Assembly (NCBI GenBank): GCA_003445975.1
Contig: DMBV01000051.1
Location: 1 to 48,021 of the forward strand
Direction: 5' to 3'
DNA from: Bacteroidales bacterium
Lineage (GTDB): Bacteria > Bacteroidota > Bacteroidia > Bacteroidales > UBA12170
Length of the DNA stretch: 48,021 nucleotides
Below are positions 36,507 through 46,226 of the stretch, in pieces. A program made the position numbers and the translations under genes. Each line of letters starts with the position of its first letter. The first letter of the stretch is position 1. The notes beneath the pieces are model-generated. The model ran no database searches and was not told where the DNA came from. It saw nothing but the letters and a program-made list of their open reading frames with translations.

Positions 36507-37964
36507 TTATTCAGGAATCAACGACCAGCCAAATTTGGCTTTTGCTTTATATAAAAACATATAGTGCATAAATAATTTCATCCAATGGCCGGCCAAGCCA
36601 ACTACACCAACAGTTTTGGATATATCGCGACCATATTTTGGGTATTTATTCCAATCGGGTACGATGGGCGAAACAGTCATGGTGGCCGCTTGACCTGTAA
36701 GTGGGCCATAACCGGCCGAAACAATGCAGGCGGCTCCCATTTTTGCCATAGTAGCTTGATGCGGATGATCTGTTTTTCCGGTTTTTATGCGGTAAGCAAC
36801 ATTTGTGGCAACTACTTTCCCAATGACTCCCGAAGGCATTCCTGTTCTTGGGGGCGTTGGAAAAATGGGCGTTCCGTTTTTGCTCTTTTCGGGTTTCGAC
36901 ATTCCATGAGGAGGTGCAAATGCGATGCCCGAAGCATAAATATTGTTGTAAGCCGGACTCTGATAGATTTTTGGCCAATCGGAAGCCAACCATTCTTCAT
37001 AGGGTTTTCCGGAATAATCAGCATCTACTTTCATCATTCCGTTTGGAGCAAAAATAGCGGAGGTAATGTCTTCGCCAATTTTGTTAAAAGCTTTCCAATC
37101 GGCTCCTTTAAAACCGGGAATCAACATGGCGAAATCGAATTTTTGTTCTAAATATTCTCCGTCCAAATTTTCATAAAAAGCTTTTCCTTCTTCCACTTTA
37201 TACACTCCTGCTCGCTTAATCCAGCGGATGCCATATTCCGCCAAAATAGACTCGGTAAAAATTTTGGTCGGTGTTATATATCCGCCTCGTTTTATGTAGG
37301 CTCCACCCATGCCAAAATCGCCCAACTCATATTCATTCGAAATCCAGATGAGATCGGCGAGTCTGTTTAATTTTCGCTTATTTATTTCGAATGCAATGTT
37401 TAAAGCATATTCAAAAGCAGCACCCTGACAAGTGGCCAAAGCATGGCCGGTTCCAATTAAAAAGGTTTGATGTTCTCCTTTTTCCATTTTGGCCAACGAA
37501 TGCTGTAAGTTTTTCCAAGCATGCTCTGCATGATCGAAAGTGCATACCGATTGCGAGAATTTGTCTGGACCGAGTCCCTCGGTAGCGGCAAAGTTTAATT
37601 TCGGACCTGTTGCGTTGATTAGATAATCGTAGGTCAGATTTTCTGTTTCACCCATTCGGCCTTCCTCTACATAGCTGATTTTGATGTACGGACTGCTTAT
37701 TTCTATATCGCCTTCCGGATGAAATGAAATCCCCATGGCTTGCTTATAAACGATTCCAAGCTTGTCGTAAACAGGTTTGAGTTTAAATTTTACTTGATCG
37801 GGAGTCATTAAACCCACACCGACCCATATATTTGATGGGACCCATTGATAATTGCTGTTTGGACTAACCATAATGACTTCATGATTTTTTCCGAGTATTT
37901 TTTTCAAATATAAAACAGCAGTATGACCGGAAATTCCGGCTCCGAGCACTACAACTTTTGCCAT
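36507..37964 (-). CDS. sqr: Sulfide:quinone oxidoreductase (FAD-dependent)
   Basis: GAGISG FAD motif, YDYLINATG, and Cys in QSVCTFDHA, ATCQGAAFEY and MGAACIVSAG at the SQR-equivalent positions; PPRTGMPSG motif. Confidence 0.78.
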   Translation of the reverse strand: MAKVVVLGAGISGHTAVLYLKKILGKNHEVIMVSPNSNYQWVPSNIWVGVGLMTPDQVKFKLKPVYDKLGIVYKQAMGISFHPEGDIEISSPYIKISYVEEGRMGETENLTYDYLINATGPKLNFAATEGLGPDKFSQSVCTFDHAEHAWKNLQHSLAKMEKGEHQTFLIGTGHALATCQGAAFEYALNIAFEINKRKLNRLADLIWISNEYELGDFGMGGAYIKRGGYITPTKIFTESILAEYGIRWIKRAGVYKVEEGKAFYENLDGEYLEQKFDFAMLIPGFKGADWKAFNKIGEDITSAIFAPNGMMKVDADYSGKPYEEWLASDWPKIYQSPAYNNIYASGIAFAPPHGMSKPEKSKNGTPIFPTPPRTGMPSGVIGKVVATNVAYRIKTGKTDHPHQATMAKMGAACIVSAGYGPLTGQAATMTVSPIVPDWNKYPKYGRDISKTVGVVGLAGHWMKLFMHYMFLYKAKAKFGWSLIPE

Positions 37965-38234
37965 AATTTTGTGTTTTTGGTATTAAATTACCTAATTTTA
38001 ATTGCTCATTTAGAGTTGATTTCAAAAGTAGCTATTATTTTTACTAATACAAAAAAAAGACGGAATTTCTCTTGGTCTATTTTTCAAGAAACAAAAAATA
38101 TTCTTTTAGAGATTAGATTGTTTTTTATTTCCCAAGCTATAAATTGATTAATTTAGAGCATGATTTTGGAGCTTTTGATTTGTTTGTAAAAGCAATGAAT
38201 GGCGAAAAGTAAATAGCTTATAAATAATTCTGAT

Positions 38235-38534
38235 ATGAAGCCAGCCAATTTTGTACGGATCGTTTTTATCTCTCTTTTTGCACTGATGGTGATGGCTACT
38301 GTGGGTTCTTGTAAAATTGCCCACTTGGAAAATAAAGCGATAAAGCAAGCCGCACGAACACAACGAAAAGCGGATAAAAAATTTACGAAACAATACGACA
38401 AAAAATACAAACATCAAACCAAAATCCAGTCGGAACCACAGCGTACAATGATAAAACAAAGCCGCAAAAAGCCAAAAAACATGAAACCGACCCAAACTTT
38501 TTTCTTGTTTCGATGGTTTGGGATTTCAAATTAA
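38235..38534 (+). CDS. Small basic hypothetical lipoprotein
   Basis: Hydrophobic leader ending in VGSC, Lys-rich body, and an AT-rich leader upstream in an otherwise empty gap. Confidence 0.5.
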   Translation: MKPANFVRIVFISLFALMVMATVGSCKIAHLENKAIKQAARTQRKADKKFTKQYDKKYKHQTKIQSEPQRTMIKQSRKKPKNMKPTQTFFLFRWFGISN

Positions 38535-38589
38535 ATTGAGCGTCTAATGGTTTAATTTATTTAACTTTACACTTTATTTCACGCGAATT

Positions 38590-39096
38590 ATGGAAGATTT
38601 TTTTTATACAATTTTAGTGATAGCTTGGATAGCTTATGGAATCTATTCTTCCGTAAAGAAAAATAAGCCGGTAGCGCCACCAAAAAGCACACCCTATTCT
38701 CAAACGAATTCCAACGAAAATCCTTTGGAAGCTGTTTTCCAATCTTTATTCCAGGAAAATGCAAGACCTCAAGAAGCGCCAATTCCGTATGCTTATGCCG
38801 AAGATGAAATAGACGAAGCTGTTTTGGACAGCGTGCCTATGGAAGAACAACCACATAATTTTGAAGAAGAATCCTTGATTGATACGGTTGCAATTCAGGA
38901 AGAATCAATTTTGGATACCTATTCAGGAACCGATCAGGCCGATTTTTCAATTTATTCGGAAAACGATGGCGATATCAATATGATAGCAGACTCCGCCATT
39001 AAAGGGGAAGATATGGAGCAGCCCATATATAAAATTTCCTTTAATTTGAGGCAAGCCGTTATTGCACAAGCCATTTTGGAAAGGCCTTACAAATAG
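38590..39096 (+). CDS. Conserved hypothetical membrane-anchored acidic protein
   Basis: N-terminal TM (MEDFFYTILVIAWIAYG), acidic low-complexity middle and C-terminal FNLRQAVIAQAILERPY. Confidence 0.7.
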   Translation: MEDFFYTILVIAWIAYGIYSSVKKNKPVAPPKSTPYSQTNSNENPLEAVFQSLFQENARPQEAPIPYAYAEDEIDEAVLDSVPMEEQPHNFEEESLIDTVAIQEESILDTYSGTDQADFSIYSENDGDINMIADSAIKGEDMEQPIYKISFNLRQAVIAQAILERPYK

Positions 39097-39215
39097 TTCG
39101 GAATAAGATATTCCTTGTTTTTAGCACAGAGCTTGATTTAATTTTGTCTGTTTAGAATGAAATTTCTGTAACCGAAAGCAGGATTTCTCGTCCTATAACC
39201 GAAAACTAGGTGAAA

Positions 39216-39797
39216 ATGGCTTTTGAAGACGACAGTTTTTATGTGAGCGAGGTATTGAAAGGCAATGTGAACGCCTATACAATGCTCATCAATAAGCATA
39301 AATCGATGGTTTATTCTATTTGCTATAAGATTGTTCGGAAAAGCGAAGAGGCGGAAGAATTGGCTCAAGATACATTTCTGAAAGCCTACGAAAAGTTGGA
39401 TAAATTCAGAGGAGAAGCTAAATTTTCTACTTGGTTGTATCGGATTGCCTACAATGCAGCCATTTCGATGACACGCAAACGAAGGTTGGAAGTTCATGCC
39501 CTTGATGACAGTACGATAGCCAATTATTCAGAATCGGAGGCGCATCAAAACCTCGATTTGATTGATTATGAAGAACAGCAACAAATGCTTCAACTCGCAC
39601 TCAATACATTGTCGGACGAAGATTATACGATCATTCATCTTTTTTATTTGAAAGAGTTGTCGGTAAGCGAAATCAGTACAATTACCGGATTGTCGGAAGC
39701 CAATGTGAAAGTGAAACTGCATCGTATTCGAAAAAAACTGTATGTGCAAATGCAAGAAGAAATGGTAAAAAACGAGGCCGTTGCAAAAAAAATATAA
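39216..39797 (+). CDS. ECF RNA polymerase sigma-70 factor
   Basis: AEELAQDTFLKAY..L..FRGEAKFSTWLYRIAYN (region 2) and EISTITGLSEANVKVKLHRIRKKL (region 4). Confidence 0.93.
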   Translation: MAFEDDSFYVSEVLKGNVNAYTMLINKHKSMVYSICYKIVRKSEEAEELAQDTFLKAYEKLDKFRGEAKFSTWLYRIAYNAAISMTRKRRLEVHALDDSTIANYSESEAHQNLDLIDYEEQQQMLQLALNTLSDEDYTIIHLFYLKELSVSEISTITGLSEANVKVKLHRIRKKLYVQMQEEMVKNEAVAKKI

Positions 39798-39850
39798 ATT
39801 TGTAAAGATGAAACGAGCAAGGAAACGACTTCTCACACTGGAGAATGATT

Positions 39851-39920
39851 ATTGGCGAGTTTCATCTGCCTGTCGGCAGACAGGTCTGACAACCGAGTTT
39901 ACGAGCTCGGCGAAACCAAT
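39851..39920. repeat. REP-like multi-hairpin palindromic element
   Basis: CCTGTC-GGCA-GACAGG (39869-39884) and CCGAG-N8-CTCGG (39893-39910), enclosed by ATTGG...CCAAT. Confidence 0.5.
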
Positions 39921-39941
39921 TAAAAAGCAAATTATAAACAG

Positions 39942-40406
39942 ATGAAAACAGAAAAAAATATAGAAAGAAGTGAGTTTGATGAACGAGATCTGTTTTTGAA
40001 ATCTCTATTTTCGGAAAATCACCTTATGTCGCCTTCTTTGGGTTTTACGGCCGGAATTTTGGCTAAGATTCATCAAAAAGCGTCGATTCCCAGCGAGTCG
40101 GTAGTGAGCACTGCCGGAAAGAATCTTACTTTTTTGATTTTCATTCTCATCGCCCTCATCAATTTGATATTGGTGAATGTTGTTTGGCCTTATGTTTCAG
40201 TTTGGTTGCCCGAAGAGGGAATTCTTCGCTATTTATTGGAAAATCTAAATACCTTGGTTTTGGATTACGCCCTTGGCTTTATTTCCAGTACCTTTACTTT
40301 TTCACTCCTATTTATTATCGCGCTGGCATCGTTTTCATTGCTTGGCGTCGATGGTTTTTTGCGTAAACATTTTGGGCTTATGCAAAATGGTGGTGCCACT
40401 TCATAG
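39942..40406 (+). CDS. Putative membrane anti-sigma factor
   Basis: Follows the ECF sigma. The N-terminal D.FLKSLF....L.SPS.GFT..I+.KI pattern and two TM segments are typical of Bacteroidota anti-sigma-like proteins. Confidence 0.6.
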   Translation: MKTEKNIERSEFDERDLFLKSLFSENHLMSPSLGFTAGILAKIHQKASIPSESVVSTAGKNLTFLIFILIALINLILVNVVWPYVSVWLPEEGILRYLLENLNTLVLDYALGFISSTFTFSLLFIIALASFSLLGVDGFLRKHFGLMQNGGATS

Positions 40407-40659
40407 ATTTGATTTCTACGCCTTTAAAAAATCCACTTTTACAGCCATTCATTTTTACGGAACTCCGAATAAGATGATTCAGAATCCCGATCTGTATCTA
40501 CACTCGTTTTCAGTCATGACGCGCTTGTTTTAAAATATTCAAAATTTGAACCGTAGTCGCATCGTTTGCCCAACGAATCCGTCTTTTCGAATGTGGGAAA
40601 AAAACAGAATTTTGCTCGGCTGCTGCGTTTATTGCTTATCATCATTTCGTTCAAAAGGC

Positions 40660-40667
40660 TAACTTTG
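40660..40667 (+). promoter_or_regulatory. -7 promoter element 4 nt before the MATE start codon
   Basis: TAACTTTG, then CAAA, then ATG at 40672. Confidence 0.55.
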
Positions 40668-40671
40668 CAAA

Positions 40672-42006
40672 ATGAATCAAGGTGTTCCGTCGTATTCTAA
40701 AATCTGGCATGTTTCTGCTCCCATTATCTTGAGTCTTTTGGCTCAAAACATCATCAATGTGACCGATACAGCATTTATGGGTCGCGTTGGAGAAGTTGAG
40801 CTGGGCGCTTCGGCCATAGCCGGATTGTTCTATGTGGCCGTTTTTATGCTTGGTTTTGGGTTTAGTACCGGAACACAAATTATGATTGCTCGCCGAAATG
40901 GAGAAAGTGAACACAAACAAATTGGAGGTATTTTTGATCAGTCGGCGTATTTTTTCTTGCTCTTAGCTGTTTTCATATTCATTTTTATCTACTTTTTTGG
41001 TGCGTATTTTTTAGAAAAAATTGTTTCTTCAAAAGCTGTTTTCCAAGCATCGAAAGAATACCTGCAAATTCGCGTTTGGGGAATCTTTTTCGCTTTTGGA
41101 AATCTGGCTTTCCGGGCGCTGCTTGTGGGTGTTACAAATACCAGAGCATTGGGTTATAGCGCGCTGATTATGGCTGTTGTGAATATCATTTTCGATTATC
41201 TGTTTATTTTTGGCCATTATGGTTTTCCTGAGATGGGCATTGCCGGAGCCGCATTGGCAAGCGTTATTGCCGAAGCGGTTTCTTTTCTCTTCTTCGTTTT
41301 TTATGTGCGCCTAAAATTGAATGTAAAACAATTTCAATTGTTTCGCTTTCCGAAAATAAATTTTAGCATCATAAAAAGCACGCTGTCACTATCTGTTTAC
41401 ATTATGCTTCAATATTTTTTGTCGTTGACAAGCTGGTTTGCTTTTTTCGCAATTATCGAGCAAATGGGCGAACGCCCGCTCGCCATTTCGAATATTATCC
41501 GAAGCATTTATATGGTACTTGTTATTCCTATCATGGGTTTGAGTACAGCCACTTCGAGTTTGGTGAGCAACGCCATTGGCGAAGGCTTTAAAGAAGATGT
41601 CATGCACATTATCAATAGATTAATGAAAATAAGTTTGATCAGCGTTTTGCCTTTTATTCTCCTCATCTGGATTCTCCCCAAACAAATGATCCGGATTTAC
41701 ACAAATAGTCCGGCATTGATTGCAGATTCTGTTTCCTCGCTCTACATTGTCAGTGGAGCCATTTTGATTTTCGCTGTGGCAATGATTGTTTTTAGTGGTG
41801 TGAGCGGAACGGCTAACACGAAAACCGCTTTAGCCATAGAGGTGCTGACCCTAATCGTCTATTTGGCCTACATTTATTGGATTGTTATTGTAAAACATTC
41901 GAGTGTGGCAATGGCCTGGACTTCGGAATATGTTTATATGTTTTTGCTGAGTTTGTTTAGCTATTGGTATTTAAAAAGAGGGAATTGGAGATTAAAAAAA
42001 ATTTAG
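40672..42006 (+). CDS. MATE family efflux transporter
   Basis: About 12 TM helices; VTDTAFMGRVGEVELGA, GTQIMIARRNG and the two-repeat MATE organisation. Confidence 0.93.
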   Translation: MNQGVPSYSKIWHVSAPIILSLLAQNIINVTDTAFMGRVGEVELGASAIAGLFYVAVFMLGFGFSTGTQIMIARRNGESEHKQIGGIFDQSAYFFLLLAVFIFIFIYFFGAYFLEKIVSSKAVFQASKEYLQIRVWGIFFAFGNLAFRALLVGVTNTRALGYSALIMAVVNIIFDYLFIFGHYGFPEMGIAGAALASVIAEAVSFLFFVFYVRLKLNVKQFQLFRFPKINFSIIKSTLSLSVYIMLQYFLSLTSWFAFFAIIEQMGERPLAISNIIRSIYMVLVIPIMGLSTATSSLVSNAIGEGFKEDVMHIINRLMKISLISVLPFILLIWILPKQMIRIYTNSPALIADSVSSLYIVSGAILIFAVAMIVFSGVSGTANTKTALAIEVLTLIVYLAYIYWIVIVKHSSVAMAWTSEYVYMFLLSLFSYWYLKRGNWRLKKI

Positions 42007-42821
42007 TCATCCAAAGTCATCCAATAGACTTGGTGTTTTGCCGACAATTTTAGCTCTGTTTCGCTTTCGAACAAGCCGAAAATGCCAGAACCGCTTCCGC
42101 TTAAGGAAACATAGTGCGCTCCCGCGCGATACAATTCTTCTTTCGTTTTGGCTAAGTCCGGATAGACTCGAAAAACACGCTCTTCGAAATCATTTTTCAA
42201 ATATTTCTTCCAATTTTCTATCTCCATTTGCAAAGCTTGAAAAGGAAAGATGGCCGGAATTTTTGGTACAATATCTTGATAAGCATCTTTGGTGGAGATC
42301 GAAAAATTTGGAATTACCAAAGCCAGTTTTTTGACGGCCAAATGGATGTAGAAATCTTCCAAAAGTTCTCCTTTTCCTCGAATATAGCGTGGCCTCGATT
42401 TTAAAAAAAACGGACAATCGCTCCCAATTTCGGCAGCAAGAAGATTTAAATTTGATGGGCTTATGGATAAATCGAAAAGCCATTTGATTCCCAAAAGTAT
42501 ATAAGCTGCGTCGGAACTTGCTCCACCAAGTCCCGATCCAACAGGAATTTGTTTGTGAAGGTGGATTTTTACGGATGGGAATTTGTATTCCTTTCTAAGT
42601 CGCCGAAGGGCTTTCCACACCAGGTTTTCTTCTGGCCGACAATCCAGTATCAATCCGCTGGAAGAAAAAATATCTGTGTCTTGAGTTGGGTTTTTGTTTA
42701 TTTCCAACAAATCAAAAAGCGGAATGGGATACAGAAGTGTTTCGATGGAATGATAGCCATCCAAGCGTTTGTGCAAGACCGCTAAACCTAGGTTTATCTT
42801 TGCCGGTGGAAACCAAAGCAT
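42003..42821 (-). CDS. ispE: 4-diphosphocytidyl-2-C-methyl-D-erythritol kinase
   Basis: PAKINLGL, KQIPVGSGLGGASSDAA, IGSDCPFF and SLSGSGS motifs. Confidence 0.95.
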   Translation of the reverse strand: MLWFPPAKINLGLAVLHKRLDGYHSIETLLYPIPLFDLLEINKNPTQDTDIFSSSGLILDCRPEENLVWKALRRLRKEYKFPSVKIHLHKQIPVGSGLGGASSDAAYILLGIKWLFDLSISPSNLNLLAAEIGSDCPFFLKSRPRYIRGKGELLEDFYIHLAVKKLALVIPNFSISTKDAYQDIVPKIPAIFPFQALQMEIENWKKYLKNDFEERVFRVYPDLAKTKEELYRAGAHYVSLSGSGSGIFGLFESETELKLSAKHQVYWMTLDD

Positions 42822-42824
42822 GGT

Positions 42825-43247
42825 TTACTCGCTTTTGCTTCTGGTGGATGAATGTCTTTTTTTGCGGCTGCCTACTTTGCTAATTCCTATCTGTTTGAGT
42901 GCAGCATACCGATCCAAGTCGAAATCGACGTCGCGCAACAAACGCCAATTTCGTTGCCATGCTTGCTCTTCGGTATAATTGATAAGAAAACGCAAAAAAT
43001 AGAAAACGCCCACCATAAATCCAACCATGGCCAAATACAGAAATTCACGTGTGTCGCTTGCTCCGTAAGATTTTGAAATCAACAGCGGTTCTAAAATCAA
43101 CCCATAAAGCAGAAGGTAAGCAAAAGCCAACAACCCAAGATTAATTGCCAGTGTGAATATATTGTGTGCATAGCGTCGAAGGTGGCGATAAAAACGTCCT
43201 CTTTTTTCCGCTTTGTGTTTGGCTTTTTTTTCTGATCGGCTCGACAT
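42825..43247 (-). CDS. Hypothetical two-TM membrane protein
   Basis: Basic termini and two hydrophobic segments; ends 3 nt before the ispE start on the same strand. Confidence 0.6.
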   Translation of the reverse strand: MSSRSEKKAKHKAEKRGRFYRHLRRYAHNIFTLAINLGLLAFAYLLLYGLILEPLLISKSYGASDTREFLYLAMVGFMVGVFYFLRFLINYTEEQAWQRNWRLLRDVDFDLDRYAALKQIGISKVGSRKKRHSSTRSKSE

Positions 43248-43552
43248 TTAAAGCAATGTTTATAGGTATCAAAAGTAAGAAAGAATTCTGACAATAAAAA
43301 TAAAAGAGCGCAGTTTGTATTGGTGCTTGGCTGTTAAATCCATTCCGGCCGATGTGCAATCGGATGGATTTATCGATAGAAGAGCGCTATTTTTTGAAAA
43401 CACAAGCTGCTTTAAACAAGATTGGGCTGCTGAATTCCTATTTGCATATCTGTATTATATCTATTTTAGCTCAATGATTGGTGTTGCGGCTTTGATGGAA
43501 TAGCAATTTTCCCATACGCGATTTGTCGGATTTGAATAAAAAGTCTTGAAAA

Positions 43553-46150
43553 ATGAAAAATTATCAAACGGAGTTTCTCTCTCAATATATTAGCAATTTG
43601 CGCATTAGCAAAAGCGTTTCGCGATTGGCTTATCAGTCAGGAAATGCGCTTTATCTGAATAATAAATGTACTCTAATCAGCCGAGAAGGTACGCGATATT
43701 CGTTTACGGTTGCCGACGACCACCAAGATTTTCAAACTCAGATTGATTTTAGCGTGAGCGAAAAGCGTTTGGAACTGCAGTGCAATTGTAAATCGGTCGA
43801 TTTTTGCTCACACAAAGTGGCCACTTTAATTCAGTTGCACGAAGACATTAGTCAGGAGCTGGGTGCGGCACCTCAAACAGGCATGAAATATACGCGCGAA
43901 GGCATGATAAAACGCGTCATTGCCGAACGCGAATTAAAAGCGAATACGGAAAAATATCAAATAGATTATTCCGACAATATGTTTGGCGAACATTTGATTA
44001 CCAACAGTCAAAACAAATCCTACAAACTGACCTTTTATAATTTCGAAACAAAACAAGGTTATTGCTCTTGTCCCGATCATCAAACAAATAAATTAGCCAC
44101 CTGCAAACACTTGCTTTTTGCTTTCGATGATTTTCGAAATAAATACAAGCAAACGGATTTGTCGAAACAAGATTTTCCTTTCGTCGAAGTATATTTGCAT
44201 CCCCTGCACGACTATCGGGTAGCTTGGTTTTTTCCCGGAAAATTACCCGAAGATATTCTGGAATTGCTCAATCGCTATTTTGATGAGAATCAAATTCTTT
44301 CGAACAAAAAATTGCTCGACTTTCAAAATTTTCTTCGCGAAGCACAAAGTCATAAATTGATTAATATTCGTCCCGAAGTCGTTCAGAAAGTTCAAAAAGC
44401 AGTAGAAGTACAAGCCTTAAAAACGCTTCAATCGACGACCGATTTAAATTTTACTGATTTAAAAATCAGTTTGTATCCATTTCAAAAAGAAGGTGTCGAA
44501 TTTATTGTTTTTAATAAAAGCGTAATTCTGGCCGATGAAGTTGGCTTGGGCAAAACGATTCAGGCAATTTTGGCGGCTCAGTTCAAAAAAAATCTGTTCA
44601 ATGTGCGTTCAACGCTCATCATTTGTCCGGATAGTTTGATTCAACATTGGGAGCAGGAAATACAAAAGGTGGGAAACGAAACCAGCTTGCTTGTCAAAGA
44701 AAGTGCCGATTTGTTTTCGCGTGAAGCGTATTTTAAAATTATTGGCTTCGACGATTTTATGCGACTTTCACCGGCTTTCGAATCTTTTGAGCCCGATATG
44801 CTTATTATCGACGAAGCACAAAAAATCAGCAATTTCGATTCCGATTTGGTTCGAATTATTCGACGTGTAAACCGCCAACATCTACTCATCATTACCGACA
44901 GCAAACCGCAAAACAATTTGATGCAATTCTATACCATGGTAGGATTGATCGACTCCAAAATGCTCGCACCTCTGTGGGAGTTTTCCTATCAGCATTGCTT
45001 GTTCGATTCGCAAATTGTGGACAAAGTGGTTGGATATTACAATCAGGAGAACATTGCTCGCCGACTTCAAACTATTTTGCTGCGGCGCGAAAAAGAAGAG
45101 GTTGCAAGTCAGTTGCAAAAAATTAGCCCAATCATCATTCCTGTAAACCTGAAAGAGTCGCAACAAATTCAGCAACAGAAAATGGCCGAAGAAGTACTGT
45201 TTTTTCTCAACAAAGAACTTTTGACCGTTTACGATTTTCAAAACGTGAAACAACTTCTAATTCAGTTGAAAGAATTTGCGTCGTTGGTTCTTCTGCCAAA
45301 ACAAAATCAAGGGTTTTCGGCAAAATTCATGGAGTTTAGCCATTTTCTTTTAGAGAAAATCAACATCACCCAAGTGGTTCGCAAGGGAATTGTTTTTGCC
45401 GAAAAGGAGGAGGCGCGCCGCCAATTGATACGCTTTTTCAAAGAAAATCACATCTCGGCCTCACTGATAGAAAAAGGCCAAAGCCCGGAGGAGAAAAAAT
45501 CCGTTTTCAGCCGTTTTCAGCAAAGCGAACAGTCTGCTTTTATTGTCTCAAAAGAAGGTGTTTTTGAGGATTTGCCTCCGGCCGATTTGTTGATTTATTA
45601 CGATTTTAGTCTCAATCAAAAAGCCCTCGAAAAACGCTATGCCTTGTTGCAACAGCAAAACGCCATCAAGCCGGCATCGGTTATCCATTTCATAAACCGA
45701 AACTCCTTGGAATATGGACTGGCTCAATTAATAAAAGAAAACAGAGGTTTTTTCAAGGAAATAGCACTCTTGTTAAGCCAAAAGCAAGAAATTTTTGAAC
45801 TCAGCGATCAGGCCAAAGAAGAGCTAAAAAAAATAATTCTAAACCTAGTTGGGAATAAAGGTAAATTTTTTCGAAAATCGTCGTCCGGACAAATCTCCCT
45901 ATTTTCGCAAAGCGATGAAAAAAGATTGCTCAGCCTAAGCGGCGAAGAACACAAGGTGTTTGAGCTTCCGCAAATCAAAAAAAATACAGCCACCGAAGCC
46001 GAACAAATAGAAAAATTGCTGCGCGATGGCTACGATTTTTTAGCCGGATTGTATAAATTAAAAACCGGCGACGACATTCCGTGGAAATCGCAAGATATGG
46101 AAGTGAAAATGGAAGAAAATGAAATAGTGCTTCGTATCAAGCGGAAATAA
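43553..46150 (+). CDS. SWIM zinc-finger / SNF2-like helicase-fold protein with degenerate C-terminal motifs
   Basis: Two SWIM motifs (CNC...FCSH, CSCPD...TCKH), ILADEVGLGKT and IIDEAQ. Motifs III, V and VI are eroded. Confidence 0.8.
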   Translation: MKNYQTEFLSQYISNLRISKSVSRLAYQSGNALYLNNKCTLISREGTRYSFTVADDHQDFQTQIDFSVSEKRLELQCNCKSVDFCSHKVATLIQLHEDISQELGAAPQTGMKYTREGMIKRVIAERELKANTEKYQIDYSDNMFGEHLITNSQNKSYKLTFYNFETKQGYCSCPDHQTNKLATCKHLLFAFDDFRNKYKQTDLSKQDFPFVEVYLHPLHDYRVAWFFPGKLPEDILELLNRYFDENQILSNKKLLDFQNFLREAQSHKLINIRPEVVQKVQKAVEVQALKTLQSTTDLNFTDLKISLYPFQKEGVEFIVFNKSVILADEVGLGKTIQAILAAQFKKNLFNVRSTLIICPDSLIQHWEQEIQKVGNETSLLVKESADLFSREAYFKIIGFDDFMRLSPAFESFEPDMLIIDEAQKISNFDSDLVRIIRRVNRQHLLIITDSKPQNNLMQFYTMVGLIDSKMLAPLWEFSYQHCLFDSQIVDKVVGYYNQENIARRLQTILLRREKEEVASQLQKISPIIIPVNLKESQQIQQQKMAEEVLFFLNKELLTVYDFQNVKQLLIQLKEFASLVLLPKQNQGFSAKFMEFSHFLLEKINITQVVRKGIVFAEKEEARRQLIRFFKENHISASLIEKGQSPEEKKSVFSRFQQSEQSAFIVSKEGVFEDLPPADLLIYYDFSLNQKALEKRYALLQQQNAIKPASVIHFINRNSLEYGLAQLIKENRGFFKEIALLLSQKQEIFELSDQAKEELKKIILNLVGNKGKFFRKSSSGQISLFSQSDEKRLLSLSGEEHKVFELPQIKKNTATEAEQIEKLLRDGYDFLAGLYKLKTGDDIPWKSQDMEVKMEENEIVLRIKRK

Positions 46151-46214
46151 GCCCGTTTTTCCTAAATTTTTGTGCCGGATTCCGCTCTGTGCGAAAACCA
46201 AATCAGAAAAGAAA

Positions 46215-46222
46215 TACCTTTG
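46215..46222 (+). promoter_or_regulatory. -7 promoter element 4 nt before the tatD start codon
   Basis: TACCTTTG, then CCAC, then ATG at 46227. Confidence 0.55.
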
Positions 46223-46226
46223 CCAC

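Noticed and set aside
36585-37151. 188-aa plus-strand ORF and other long shadow ORFs (13262-13939, 19255-19761, 38148-38495, 39138-39497)
   Set aside because: They are antisense to well-supported genes and show no family features.
5879-46226. Longest-ORF start codons for DUF5777, cbcB, the NHL lipoprotein, the NrfJ-like protein, rnhA and tatD
   Set aside because: Downstream ATGs give proper signal peptides or family N-termini and remove overlaps with neighbouring genes or promoters.
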